Positions 1 to 8,212 of a stretch of 17,256 nucleotides of DNA are shown piece after piece. The notes under the pieces were generated by a model that was not told the DNA's origin, made no database searches, and saw only the letters and a program-made list of their open reading frames with translations. Numbering within the stretch: position 1 is the stretch's first letter; every line of letters begins with the position of its first letter. The DNA is taken from positions 1-17,256 of the IMG/VR virus record IMGVR_UViG_2778261160_000003; one strand, written 5' to 3'. This DNA comes from a virus (lineage: Duplodnaviria; Heunggongvirae; Uroviricota; Caudoviricetes). A program made the position numbers and the translations under genes.

Positions 1-1053
1 TTACGGGGTAATGCCAACCGCTGCCGCCACTTTGTCGCCACTTGGCAGCGTTGCCAGAGGATTGAAACGGAGCGCCGTTTCCAGATGATCCGGTGCCAGA
101 TGTGCGTAACGCATAGTCATTTTTATATCGTGGTGTCCGAGAATTTTTTGTAAGGCCAGAATGTTTCCACCCGACATCATGAAGTGCGCCGCAAACGTAT
201 GGCGCAGAACGTGTGTGAGTTGACCGCGAGGGAGCACGATAGACGTTTTTTCCATCACGGATAAAAATTGAAAATAGCAGTCTGTGAAGAAATTGAACCC
301 ATCAAGCGCCATGATCTCTTCGTAAAGCTCTTTACTGATAGGGATGCTTCTGTTTTTCTTCCCCTTCGTTCGTACAAAGGTAATTCGGTATTTGGTCACC
401 TGTGAACGAGTAAGATTTACGGCTTCTCGCCAGCGTGCGCCTGTGCTTAAGCATATCTTAACTACCAGTGCCAGAATTGGGTCCTGACGTTTGCAATCAG
501 CCAGTAATTCAACAATCTGCTCATGGGTAAGCCATGCCATCTCTTTTTCTGCGATGGTGAATTTTCGCATGTTCTCCAGTGGGTTCGGATACGACCATTC
601 GCCCAGGCGGGATAGTTCGCTAAAAACACTACTTAGATAGCTTTGCTCCAGGTTAATGGTGACCGGGCTTGCTCCTTTCTTCCATTTCTCGCTGAAGTAG
701 ATCTCACCTGTCAGGCGTTTATCTCGATAGTGGGCAAACATTTTAGAGGTTAGATCAGTTGCAAGGGGATTGCCCAGAGCGTCAACCATCAGCAGCAATT
801 TGTCATAGACATGCTGCCCAGCAGTCAGTGATTTACCATGTAGTTTGAACCATAGCTCAACCACGTCTTTCAGTGTTCGACGATCCACTGATTCACCTAG
901 CCAGGGCTTTGCTTCGGTTTCTTCCATCGTGTGACGCTCAAAAGCCAGTGCTTCGCCTTTGGTGGCGAATTGTTTACGCACACGACGCCCACTACGTCCG
1001 GCGGGGTAACATTCGCAAAGCCATTTTCCTGTGGTGAGTTTTCGTACAGCCAT
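1..1053 (-). CDS. int: Prophage tyrosine integrase (P2/186-like)
   Basis: 350-codon minus-strand ORF; ATG is revcomp of 1051-1053, preceded by GGAGGG. N-terminus MAVRKLTTG..GRRVRKQFATKGEALAFE and boxes CLSTGARWREA / HVLRHTFA / MRYAHL resemble P2 Int as I recall it. Stop codon is bases 1-3. The ORF track extends to 1131 but has no RBS there. Confidence 0.9.
   Translation of the reverse strand: MAVRKLTTGKWLCECYPAGRSGRRVRKQFATKGEALAFERHTMEETEAKPWLGESVDRRTLKDVVELWFKLHGKSLTAGQHVYDKLLLMVDALGNPLATDLTSKMFAHYRDKRLTGEIYFSEKWKKGASPVTINLEQSYLSSVFSELSRLGEWSYPNPLENMRKFTIAEKEMAWLTHEQIVELLADCKRQDPILALVVKICLSTGARWREAVNLTRSQVTKYRITFVRTKGKKNRSIPISKELYEEIMALDGFNFFTDCYFQFLSVMEKTSIVLPRGQLTHVLRHTFAAHFMMSGGNILALQKILGHHDIKMTMRYAHLAPDHLETALRFNPLATLPSGDKVAAAVGITP
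19..40. repeat. Candidate attL core, 22-bp direct repeat CGCTGCCGCCACTTTGTCGCCA
   Basis: Matches 14402-14423 at 21 of 22 positions in direct orientation (single C/T difference). Lies in the last codons of int. Confidence 0.55.
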
Positions 1054-1078
1054 AAAAAATGCCCTCCAATAGAGAGCA

Positions 1079-1106
1079 TTTTTACTGTATGTATAACCAG
1101 TGTCAA
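1079..1106 (-). promoter_or_regulatory. Putative int promoter with a LexA-box-like CTG-N10-CAG in the spacer
   Basis: Read on the minus strand: TTGACA (revcomp of 1101-1106), 16-17 nt spacer, TAAAAA(T). The spacer contains CTGGTTATACATACAG (plus strand CTGTATGTATAACCAG, 1085-1100). It is 30-50 bp upstream of the int ATG. Confidence 0.35.
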
Positions 1107-1241
1107 TGTATGAAATCCTGCGACCATACATCTCACTGAAGCCATAATGAAGTAGGCTATTCTTTTTGCTATGTGATCATGTAACTTTTGCGGTTAACCT
1201 GTGGCTCATTTTTATTTTAGGCGCAGATATAAAAGCAAAAG

Positions 1242-1433
1242 TTATCGTGAGTTTTTAGTACAGATTTTTTTGGATTTACTAATAGTTCCATCATTGCAAA
1301 CGAATTTGCCATCAGAGGTACAGTGAGAAACACCTCCCTTTTTCCCTGAGCAGGGATAATTTCTAGCATAGGTAGCTAGTGGGTTTAATAACAAAGAACA
1401 TGACAAAACCACAAAAAATACCTTACCAAGCAT
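1242..1433 (-). CDS. Small hypothetical protein with predicted signal peptide and four cysteines
   Basis: 63-codon ORF whose ATG is preceded by GGGAGGAAATT. Hydrophobic N-terminus [20 protein letters not shown], then a Lys/Cys-containing tail. AT-rich. Sits between cI and int on the same strand. Confidence 0.45.
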   Translation of the reverse strand: MLGKVFFVVLSCSLLLNPLATYARNYPCSGKKGGVSHCTSDGKFVCNDGTISKSKKICTKNSR

Positions 1434-1448
1434 AATTTCCTCCCGGTA

Positions 1449-2018
1449 CTATTTAACATACTTGACTGTTAAACTTATAATTTTACCAATTATTTCAATG
1501 TCTTCTATCTTACATTCGAAGGCTCTGTTTCCACCCTCGACGAAGATTCTTCCACCGGGTAAACGAGTAATGTCACGGATCGTTATTTCGCCATCAATAC
1601 TTATTACCCATTTACCATCACGTATATCATCAAATTCCTTATCACAAATAAATTCAGAATTATTATCTGTGATTACAAAAAGATTCTTGAATGCCGACGG
1701 TAGAAATTCTCTATCGAAAATATAAAAACCGTCTTCACACAAGGCCCCATCAGATAATACATATTTAGCAACTTCCATAGTATTTGTATTACCTGAAGTT
1801 TGCTTTGAACCATGCCCGGTTGTGAGCCAATTAAGCGAGGTGCCTGTTTCAAGGGCGCACTGGATTACCCATTCTGCTGGGAATGAGTCACGCATGTAGC
1901 GTGTGGCGAGTGTACTTTTAGAGATTCCTAAATGATCGCACAACGCCTGTCGAGTCTTGAATCCATAAGCTTCTACCATGCGCTCTATGGCGCCTCGTCC
2001 GCCTTTCTCCAAATTCAT
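1449..2018 (-). CDS. cI: CI-type immunity repressor (phage 186 CI-like)
   Basis: 189 codons from the ATG at revcomp 2016-2018, with GGAG about 5 nt upstream; the ORF track extends to a GTG at 2024. N-terminal HTH-like segment EAYGFKTRQALCDHLGISKSTLATRY. Size and position (between int and the divergent early operon) match 186 CI from memory. Confidence 0.75.
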   Translation of the reverse strand: MNLEKGGRGAIERMVEAYGFKTRQALCDHLGISKSTLATRYMRDSFPAEWVIQCALETGTSLNWLTTGHGSKQTSGNTNTMEVAKYVLSDGALCEDGFYIFDREFLPSAFKNLFVITDNNSEFICDKEFDDIRDGKWVISIDGEITIRDITRLPGGRIFVEGGNRAFECKIEDIEIIGKIISLTVKYVK

Positions 2019-2042
2019 GGTCACTCCAAGTGAACTTTTATC

Positions 2043-2071
2043 TTGACGATTTCACTGTGCGATCGTATGTT
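2043..2071 (+). promoter_or_regulatory. Putative rightward early (lytic) promoter
   Basis: TTGACG (2043-2048), 17-nt spacer, TATGTT (2066-2071), about 70 bp upstream of the first rightward ORF. Flanked by inverted hexamers GTGAAC (2030-2035) and GTTCAC (2078-2083), which could be operator half-sites. Confidence 0.4.
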
Positions 2072-2143
2072 TATGGTGTTCACAAAATACAAACGATCCG
2101 TATTCGTCCTGATTAATCATCATTAAACGAGGAATGTTGCATC

Positions 2144-2365
2144 ATGAGACCTAACATTTCAATCACTCTTACCACGCCTCATGTGACTATTGAACGCTAT
2201 AGCGAGCTGACAGGGCTATCCATCGATACCATCAATGACATGTTGGCTGATGGACGCCTTATCCGTCACCGTCTGCGCAAAGATAAAAAACGCGAAAAAG
2301 TGATGATCAACATAGCAGCAATGACCGTTGATGCGCTTTCAGAATGCAATCTAAACCTTAATTAG
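2144..2365 (+). CDS. Apl/Cox-type excisionase and transcriptional regulator (HTH)
   Basis: 73-codon first ORF of the rightward operon, with AGGAA upstream. HTH-like segment [26 protein letters not shown]. Position equivalent to P2 cox / 186 apl. Confidence 0.65.
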   Translation: MRPNISITLTTPHVTIERYSELTGLSIDTINDMLADGRLIRHRLRKDKKREKVMINIAAMTVDALSECNLNLN

Positions 2366-2397
2366 TTCGATTCTGAAATACATCAGAGGCATTGACC

Positions 2398-2907
2398 ATG
2401 TTTGATTACCAAGTTTCCAAACATCCACATTTTGATGAAGCCTGTCGTGCATTTGCACTGCGCCACAATCTGGTGCAACTGGCAGAACGTGCAGGCATGA
2501 ATGTGCAGATTCTGCGGAACAAGCTGAACCCAGCTCAGCCTCATTTATTAACCGCACCAGAAATCTGGCTGCTTACCGATCTGACTGAAGATTCAACGCT
2601 GGTAGATGGTTTTCTGGCACAGATTCATTGTCTGCCATGTGTACCGATTAATGAGGTGGCAAAAGAGAAACTGCCACATTACGTCATGAGTGCAACCGCA
2701 GAGATCGGGCGTGTTGCTGCAGGTACGGTGTCTGGCGATGTAAAAACCTGTGCCGGTCGTCGTGATGCTATCAGCAGCATTAACTCTGTAACACGACTGA
2801 TGGCGCTGGCGGCTGTTTCATTGCAGGCCCGTTTACAGGCTAATCCTGCGATGGCGAGTGCAGTTGATACCGTGACTGGCCTCGGTGCTTCATTTGGTTT
2901 GCTGTGA
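2398..2907 (+). CDS. cII: CII-type lysogeny-establishment regulator (phage 186 CII-like)
   Basis: 169 codons from ATG 2398, with AGAGG 8 nt upstream; the ORF track starts at TTG 2392. N-terminus [19 protein letters not shown] and length agree with 186 CII as I recall it. Confidence 0.7.
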   Translation: MFDYQVSKHPHFDEACRAFALRHNLVQLAERAGMNVQILRNKLNPAQPHLLTAPEIWLLTDLTEDSTLVDGFLAQIHCLPCVPINEVAKEKLPHYVMSATAEIGRVAAGTVSGDVKTCAGRRDAISSINSVTRLMALAAVSLQARLQANPAMASAVDTVTGLGASFGLL

Positions 2908-2914
2908 GGTGCTT

Positions 2915-3115
2915 ATGCTGACGAAAGAACCATCATTTGCATCGCTGCTGGTTAAACAAAGCCCGGCAATGCATTACGGTCACGGCTGGATCATGGGGGA
3001 GGATGGTAAACGCTGGCATCCGTGCCGTTCACAAGATGAATTGCTGGCAGAACTATCTACGAAAAAACGGGGGAACAAATGGCTATTGAAGGCACTGCGG
3101 CGACTGTTCCATTAA
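2915..3115 (+). CDS. Hypothetical small protein (early operon)
   Basis: ATG 2915 with GAGG a few nt upstream, 66 codons. Overlaps the next ORF by 37 nt. No recognisable motif. Confidence 0.4.
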   Translation: MLTKEPSFASLLVKQSPAMHYGHGWIMGEDGKRWHPCRSQDELLAELSTKKRGNKWLLKALRRLFH

Positions 3116-3420
3116 GCCCCGGTGAACGCCTGAATGGACTTAATCACATTGCGGAGTTAAGGGCGAAAGTTTTTGGCCTAAATATTGAGTCAGAGCTTGA
3201 GCGGTTTATTAAAGATATGCGTGATCCATGGGATATCAATAATGAACAAAATAAAAGGGCACTGGCTGCCATATTCTTTATGGCAAAAATTCCAGCTGAA
3301 CGTCATAGCATCAGCATTAATGAGCTGACCACTGACGAAAAGCGGGAGTTGATTAAAGCAATGAATCATTTTCGTGCAGTGGTGAGCTTATTTCCCAGAC
3401 GGCTAACCATGCCGAATTAA
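3079..3420 (+). CDS. Hypothetical protein (early operon)
   Basis: 113-codon ORF in the co-directional early operon. Position is that of the 186 fil/dhr-type early genes, but I cannot confirm similarity. Confidence 0.5.
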   Translation: MAIEGTAATVPLSPGERLNGLNHIAELRAKVFGLNIESELERFIKDMRDPWDINNEQNKRALAAIFFMAKIPAERHSISINELTTDEKRELIKAMNHFRAVVSLFPRRLTMPN

Positions 3421-3487
3421 CCAACTAATGAAATTAATGGCGTAAACCCGCCGGGCATCCCTTTATCTAAATTCAGGAGAATTGATT

Positions 3488-3721
3488 ATGCGTAATATTG
3501 AAACCCTCACGACTAAAACCGGACCGGATGATGCAGGGCTTAATATTTTACTGACAGAGGCTCGTCTGGAAGAACGCCGGGCAAGGGCTGAAGCAATGGC
3601 AGCTCGCCTTGATAGCCTGGCGTGTCATATCACATCCCGCCAACTAAACCACGTCGAAGCGGCAGAACTGCTGCGTGTGACTGCTGAAGCAATCCAGAAC
3701 GAAGCGCAGGAGATCCACTGA
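3488..3721 (+). CDS. Hypothetical protein (early operon)
   Basis: ATG 3488 with AGGAGA 7 nt upstream, 77 codons; the ORF track starts at TTG 3482. Its stop overlaps the next start (TGATG). Confidence 0.5.
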   Translation: MRNIETLTTKTGPDDAGLNILLTEARLEERRARAEAMAARLDSLACHITSRQLNHVEAAELLRVTAEAIQNEAQEIH

Positions 3722-3948
3722 TGGCTGATGCAATGGATCTCGTACAGCAGCGCGTTGAAGAAGAACGCCAGCGCCACATCCGTGCTGCCCGTGCCAAAAC
3801 ACCGGGCGTGTCTCGCGTGCTTTGCATAGAGTGTGAAGCGCCAATTCCGCCAGCACGCCGCCGCGCCATTCCGGGAGTGCAGCTTTGCATTACCTGTCAG
3901 GAAATCGCAGAGCTGAAAGGTAAACATTACAACGGAGGTGCTGTATGA
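3721..3948 (+). CDS. TraR/DksA-family C4 zinc-finger protein
   Basis: 75 codons with CIECEAPIPPARRRAIPGVQLCITCQE (CxxC-N17-CxxC), the pattern of phage/plasmid TraR-like proteins. Start overlaps the upstream stop. Confidence 0.7.
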   Translation: MADAMDLVQQRVEEERQRHIRAARAKTPGVSRVLCIECEAPIPPARRRAIPGVQLCITCQEIAELKGKHYNGGAV

Positions 3949-4802
3949 GCACCATCCTGAAATGGGCGGGTAATAAAACCGCCATTATGCCAGAACTGAA
4001 AAAATACCTTCCTGCTGGCCCGCGACTGGTTGAACCTTTCGCGGGTTCTTGTGCTGTGATGATAGAGACGGATTACCCCAGCTATCTTGTTGCGGATATT
4101 AATCCTGATTTAATCAACCTCTATAAAAAGGTTGCTGCTGATTGCGAGGCGTTTATATCTCGTGCCAGAGCTTTATTTGAGGAAGCAAACAGGGAGGTGG
4201 CTTATTACAACATAAGGCAGGAGTTTAATTACTCCACTGAAATTACTGATTTCATGAAAGCGGTATATTTCCTGTATCTCAATCGTCATGGTTACCGTGG
4301 GTTATGTCGCTATAACAAGAGCGGGCATTTCAACATTCCCTATGGGAATTATAAAAATCCGTATTTCCCTGAAAAAGAAATTCGCAAATTTGCAGAAAAA
4401 GCCCAGCGAGCAACGTTTATCTGCGCCAGCTTTGATGAAACGCTGGCGATGTTGAAGGCGGGGGATGTGGTGTATTGCGATCCGCCTTATTACGGTACGT
4501 TTTCCGGCTATCACACTGATGGCTTCACTGAGGATGACCAGTATCACCTGGCATCCGTTCTTGAACATCGATCATCTGAAGGTCATCCGGTCATTGTTTC
4601 TAACAGTGACACATCCCTGATTCGTTCGCTGTATCGCAATTTCACTCACCACTACATCAAGGCAAAACGCAGCATCGGCGTGTCGGCTGGCAAGAGTAAA
4701 TCTGCAACAGAAATCATTGCTGTTTCCGGGGCGCGCTGCTGGGTGGGATTTGATCCTTCGCGTGGCGTAGATAGTTCTGCTGTGTACGAGGTGCGTGTAT
4801 GA
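3945..4802 (+). CDS. dam: DNA adenine (N6) methyltransferase, Dam family
   Basis: 285 codons. N-terminal KWAGNK, AdoMet-binding-like EPFAGSCAV, catalytic DPPY (CDPPYYGT). Start overlaps the upstream stop (ATGA) and its stop overlaps the A start. Confidence 0.85.
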   Translation: MSTILKWAGNKTAIMPELKKYLPAGPRLVEPFAGSCAVMIETDYPSYLVADINPDLINLYKKVAADCEAFISRARALFEEANREVAYYNIRQEFNYSTEITDFMKAVYFLYLNRHGYRGLCRYNKSGHFNIPYGNYKNPYFPEKEIRKFAEKAQRATFICASFDETLAMLKAGDVVYCDPPYYGTFSGYHTDGFTEDDQYHLASVLEHRSSEGHPVIVSNSDTSLIRSLYRNFTHHYIKAKRSIGVSAGKSKSATEIIAVSGARCWVGFDPSRGVDSSAVYEVRV

Positions 4803-7213
4803 GTCATGACGATATGAGCAACTCTAGCGGCTTTAACGAGGCCGCCGCATCATTTTCATGGAACGGCCCGAAAAAGGCCATTAACCCTTATCTGGACCCG
4901 GCGGAAGTTGCGCCGGAGTCTGCACTTTCAAACCTGATCACTCTGTATGCTGCCGATAACGAGCAGGAACAACTGCGCCGCGAGGCACTGAGTGAGCAGG
5001 TCTGGGAGCGTTATTTCTTTAATGAATCCCGTGATCCTGTCCAGCGCGAAATGGAGCAGGATAAGCTCATTAGCCGGGCAAAGCTGGCGCATGAGCAGCA
5101 GCGTTTTAATCCAGACATGGTCATTCTGGCTGACGTCAACGCCCAGCCTTCCCATATCAGCAAGCCGCTGATGCAACGTATTGAATACTTCAGCAGCCTG
5201 GGCAGGCCAAAGGCTTATTCCCGCTATTTGCGTGAGACGATTAAGCCATGTCTGGAACGGCTGGAGCATGTACGCGACAGTCAGCTATCCACTTCTTTTC
5301 GCTTTATGGCGAGCCATGAAGGGCTGGACGGCCTGCTGATCCTGCCTGAAATGAGTCAGGATCAGGTGAAACGCCTGTCCACCCTGGTAGCTGCGCATAT
5401 GAGCATGTGCCTTGATGCAGCTTGTGGCGATTTGTATGCCACCGATGACGTTAAGCCAGAAGAAATCCGCAAGACATGGGAAAGGGTGGCAGCAGAAACC
5501 CTGCGACTGGATGTCATCCCACCTGCGTTTGTGCAACTCCGCCGGAAAAGAAACCGCCGTAAACCCGTGCCCTATGAACTCATTCCGGGTTCGCTGGCGC
5601 GTATGTTGTGCGCCGACTGGTGGTATCGGAAATTATGGAAGATGCGTTGCGAATGGCGGGAAGAGCAGTTGCGTGCTGTCTGCCTTGTCAGCAAAAAAGC
5701 ATCTCCCTATGTCAGCTATGAAGCCGTGATGCATAAACGTGAGCAGCGCCGTAAGTCGCTGGAGTTTTTCCGTTCTCATGAACTGGTGAACGAAGACGGC
5801 GACACGCTGGACATGGAGGATGTGGTAAACGCCAGCAGCAGCAACCCTGCGCATCGCCGCAATGAGATGATGGCCTGTGTTAAAGGTCTGGAGCTTATCG
5901 CGGAAATGCGCGGTGACTGCGCCGTTTTCTACACCATCACCTGTCCGTCACGTTTCCATTCCACGCTAAATAACGGCAGGCCCAACCCGACCTGGACAAA
6001 TGCGACGGTAAGACAAAGCAGTGATTATCTGGTCGGCATGTTTGCTGCATTTCGTAAGGCAATGCACAAAGCCGGATTGCGGTGGTATGGCGTGCGGGTG
6101 GCTGAGCCGCATCATGACGGTACAGTTCACTGGCACCTGTTGTGTTTTATGCGCAAAAAAGACCGCCGCGCCATCACTGCATTACTGCGTAACTTTGCCA
6201 TCCGTGAAGACCGCGAGGAGCTGGGCAATAACACGGGGCCGCGCTTTCAGTCTGAGCTGATTAATCCGCGCAAAGGAACGCCGACAAGCTACATCGCGAA
6301 ATATATCAGTAAGAATATTGACGGGCGTGGTCTGGCTGGCGAGATCAGCAAGGAAACGGGTAAATCTCTGCGTGATAACGCTGAATACGTTAATGCCTGG
6401 GCGTCTCTGCATCGTGTTCAGCAATTCCGCTTCTTTGGCATTCCGGGGCGTCAGGCTTACCGTGAACTGCGATTGCTGGCTGGTCAGGCGGCAAGGCAGC
6501 AGGGTGACAAAAAAGCAGGTGCGCCGGTACTGGATAACCCGCGCCTTGATGCCATTCTGGCTGCTGCTGATGCTGGTTGTTTTGCCACCTATATCATGAA
6601 GCAGGGCGGCGTACTGGTTCCCCGTAAATATCACCTCATCAGAACCGCTTATGAAATCAACGAAGAGCCGACCGCCTATGGCGATCACGGTATTCGTATT
6701 TATGGCATCTGGTCACCCATTGCAGAGGGCAAGATCTGCACTCATGCAGTGAAGTGGAAAATGGTTCGTAAAGCCGTTGACGTTCAGGAGGCGGCAGCCG
6801 ACCAGGGCGCTTGCGCCCCTTGGACTCGTGGCAATAACTGTCCCCTTGCGGAAAATTTGAACCAACAGGAGAAAGATAAATCAGCTGATGGGGACACCAG
6901 AACGGACATTACCCGCATGGATGACAAGGAGTTGCACGATTACCTGCACAGTATGAGCAAAAAAGAGCGCCGGGAACTGGCAGCAAGGTTACGCCTGGTT
7001 AAGCCGAAACGGCGTAAAGACTACAAACAGCGAATTACAGATCATCAGCGACAGCAGCTCGTCTATGAACTGAAGTCCAGAGGATTTGATGGCAGCGAGA
7101 AAGAGGTCGATTTACTCCTTCGCGGTGGCAGTATTCCGTCAGGAGCAGGCCTGCGTATCTTCTATCGGAACCAGCGTTTGCGGGAAGATGATAAGTGGCG
7201 GAATCTGTATTAA
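4799..7213 (+). CDS. A: Rolling-circle replication initiator endonuclease (P2 gpA-like)
   Basis: 804 codons with an HUH-type motif TVHWHLLCF and a paired-tyrosine motif YIAKYISK (YxxxY), as in P2 A. Sits at the end of the early operon. Confidence 0.9.
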   Translation: MSHDDMSNSSGFNEAAASFSWNGPKKAINPYLDPAEVAPESALSNLITLYAADNEQEQLRREALSEQVWERYFFNESRDPVQREMEQDKLISRAKLAHEQQRFNPDMVILADVNAQPSHISKPLMQRIEYFSSLGRPKAYSRYLRETIKPCLERLEHVRDSQLSTSFRFMASHEGLDGLLILPEMSQDQVKRLSTLVAAHMSMCLDAACGDLYATDDVKPEEIRKTWERVAAETLRLDVIPPAFVQLRRKRNRRKPVPYELIPGSLARMLCADWWYRKLWKMRCEWREEQLRAVCLVSKKASPYVSYEAVMHKREQRRKSLEFFRSHELVNEDGDTLDMEDVVNASSSNPAHRRNEMMACVKGLELIAEMRGDCAVFYTITCPSRFHSTLNNGRPNPTWTNATVRQSSDYLVGMFAAFRKAMHKAGLRWYGVRVAEPHHDGTVHWHLLCFMRKKDRRAITALLRNFAIREDREELGNNTGPRFQSELINPRKGTPTSYIAKYISKNIDGRGLAGEISKETGKSLRDNAEYVNAWASLHRVQQFRFFGIPGRQAYRELRLLAGQAARQQGDKKAGAPVLDNPRLDAILAAADAGCFATYIMKQGGVLVPRKYHLIRTAYEINEEPTAYGDHGIRIYGIWSPIAEGKICTHAVKWKMVRKAVDVQEAAADQGACAPWTRGNNCPLAENLNQQEKDKSADGDTRTDITRMDDKELHDYLHSMSKKERRELAARLRLVKPKRRKDYKQRITDHQRQQLVYELKSRGFDGSEKEVDLLLRGGSIPSGAGLRIFYRNQRLREDDKWRNLY

Positions 7214-7305
7214 TTACGCGGGTTAACAATTCGTGCTCTTAATAATACCAGGCATATCAGGCTGATGAACGTAAAAAAACGTTTTACATCAGTAAGATTA
7301 TTATA

Positions 7306-7325
7306 TACTGTAAATATAAACAGTG
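7306..7325 (+). promoter_or_regulatory. LexA (SOS) box TACTGTAAATATAAACAGTG
   Basis: Perfect CTGT-N8-ACAG with an A/T-rich spacer at 7308-7323, about 40 bp upstream of the ORF starting at 7366. Confidence 0.6.
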
Positions 7326-7365
7326 GTTATGTATACAGTATTGCTTTGGTGTCATAGGAGGAAAG

Positions 7366-7554
7366 ATGCAGGACTATTTTTTGGAGTCTTTGAAGCTCCA
7401 GCGCATTGATTTTTTTCTTAAGCTTGTAGCGGCTAGTGAGTGTAGTGATGAAGAGAAGGGGCTGGCCCTGCAGTGGGTTTCTGAACTGACAGATGAACTC
7501 ATGGCAAAAATCAGAACCCACGAATACAACCGCTCAATGGATGTCATCAGCTGA
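7366..7554 (+). CDS. Small hypothetical protein, first gene of the putative SOS-controlled operon (Tum-position antirepressor candidate)
   Basis: 62 codons, strong RBS AGGAGG 4 nt before the ATG, downstream of the LexA box. In phage 186 the equivalent LexA-controlled position holds the tum antirepressor; sequence similarity not verified. Confidence 0.5.
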   Translation: MQDYFLESLKLQRIDFFLKLVAASECSDEEKGLALQWVSELTDELMAKIRTHEYNRSMDVIS

Positions 7555-7564
7555 GGTGACTTTT

Positions 7565-7798
7565 ATGCGCATTGAAATAATGATCGATAAAGAGCAAAAG
7601 ATTAGCCAGTCTACACTGGACGCCCTTGAATCCGAGCTTTACCGCAATCTGCGCCCCCTGTATCCCAAAACGGTAATTCGTATCCGCAAAGGTAGCTCTA
7701 ACGGTGTGGAACTGACCGGACTGCAACTGGACGAAGAAAGAAAACAAGTGATGAAAATTATGCAGAAGGTGTGGGAAGACGACAGCTGGCTGCATTAA
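7565..7798 (+). CDS. dinI: DinI-family protein
   Basis: 77 codons from ATG 7565, with GAGGTG 5 nt upstream. Begins MRIEIMIDKEQ and ends QKVWEDDSWLH, mirroring E. coli DinI (MRIEVTIAK ... ETWESADDW) in pattern and size. Confidence 0.7.
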   Translation: MRIEIMIDKEQKISQSTLDALESELYRNLRPLYPKTVIRIRKGSSNGVELTGLQLDEERKQVMKIMQKVWEDDSWLH

Positions 7799-7922
7799 GA
7801 AACGTTGCTGGCGTCTGAACTTGTTTCTGGCGTCAGCAAGGTTGAACAACGAGCCCTTGCGAGGCGTTAGCTCTGTAGTGCATGTCTATGCCGCATGAGA
7901 TCGCATGATCGTTTGAGGATCG

Positions 7923-7948
7923 TTTTTGCTAAGGCCCGCCAGAACTGG
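7923..7948 (+). terminator. Rho-independent terminator after the dinI-like gene
   Basis: GGCCCGCCAG / CTGGCGGGC stem with a short loop, followed by TTTTG. Confidence 0.5.
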
Positions 7949-8212
7949 CGGGCTTTTGCGTAGATCATGCAGGTGCATGAAAACCACTACATAAAGCGGG
8001 CAGGCGTGGCGGGGATACGAGCGCGCGCTGAAAAGGTTTAGCTAAATTTTTGTCGATAGGTGGTTTTAGTTGTTATACAAAAGTGTCACTGGTTTTGTTT
8101 TGAGCATTTGTGGTGCTAAAAATATTTTTTTTGGTTCAAAATTACCTTAAAAAGGTTTTTTTGGTGTATGATTGTTTGAAAAGTGGTTCGGTTTTGCCAT
8201 AAGGGTGGTTAG

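Noticed and set aside
931-1145. ORFs 931-1113 (plus) and 897-1145 (minus) overlapping the int 5' region
   Set aside because: Alternative frames within or antisense to int; the int start at 1053 has a clear RBS, so the upstream extension and shadow ORFs are not needed.
3625-3927. Three overlapping minus-strand ORFs (3625-3927, 3630-3890, 3644-3856)
   Set aside because: Antisense to the tightly coupled plus-strand genes 3488-3721 and 3721-3948; no start signals; mutually overlapping in different frames.
4928-6688. Several long minus-strand and alternative-frame ORFs inside the A gene (for example 4928-5269, 5285-5536, 5412-5729, 5633-5854, 6021-6260, 6182-6688, 6318-6599)
   Set aside because: They lie antisense to or out of frame with a well-supported 804-codon gene, have no RBS, and are the shadow ORFs expected in GC-rich coding sequence.
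7801-7920. Partial repeats (CTGGCGTC twice, GATCGTTT twice, GCATGA twice) after the dinI-like gene
   Set aside because: Short and imperfect, with no clean stem-loop or tandem array; treated as incidental sequence ahead of the real terminator at 7923-7948.
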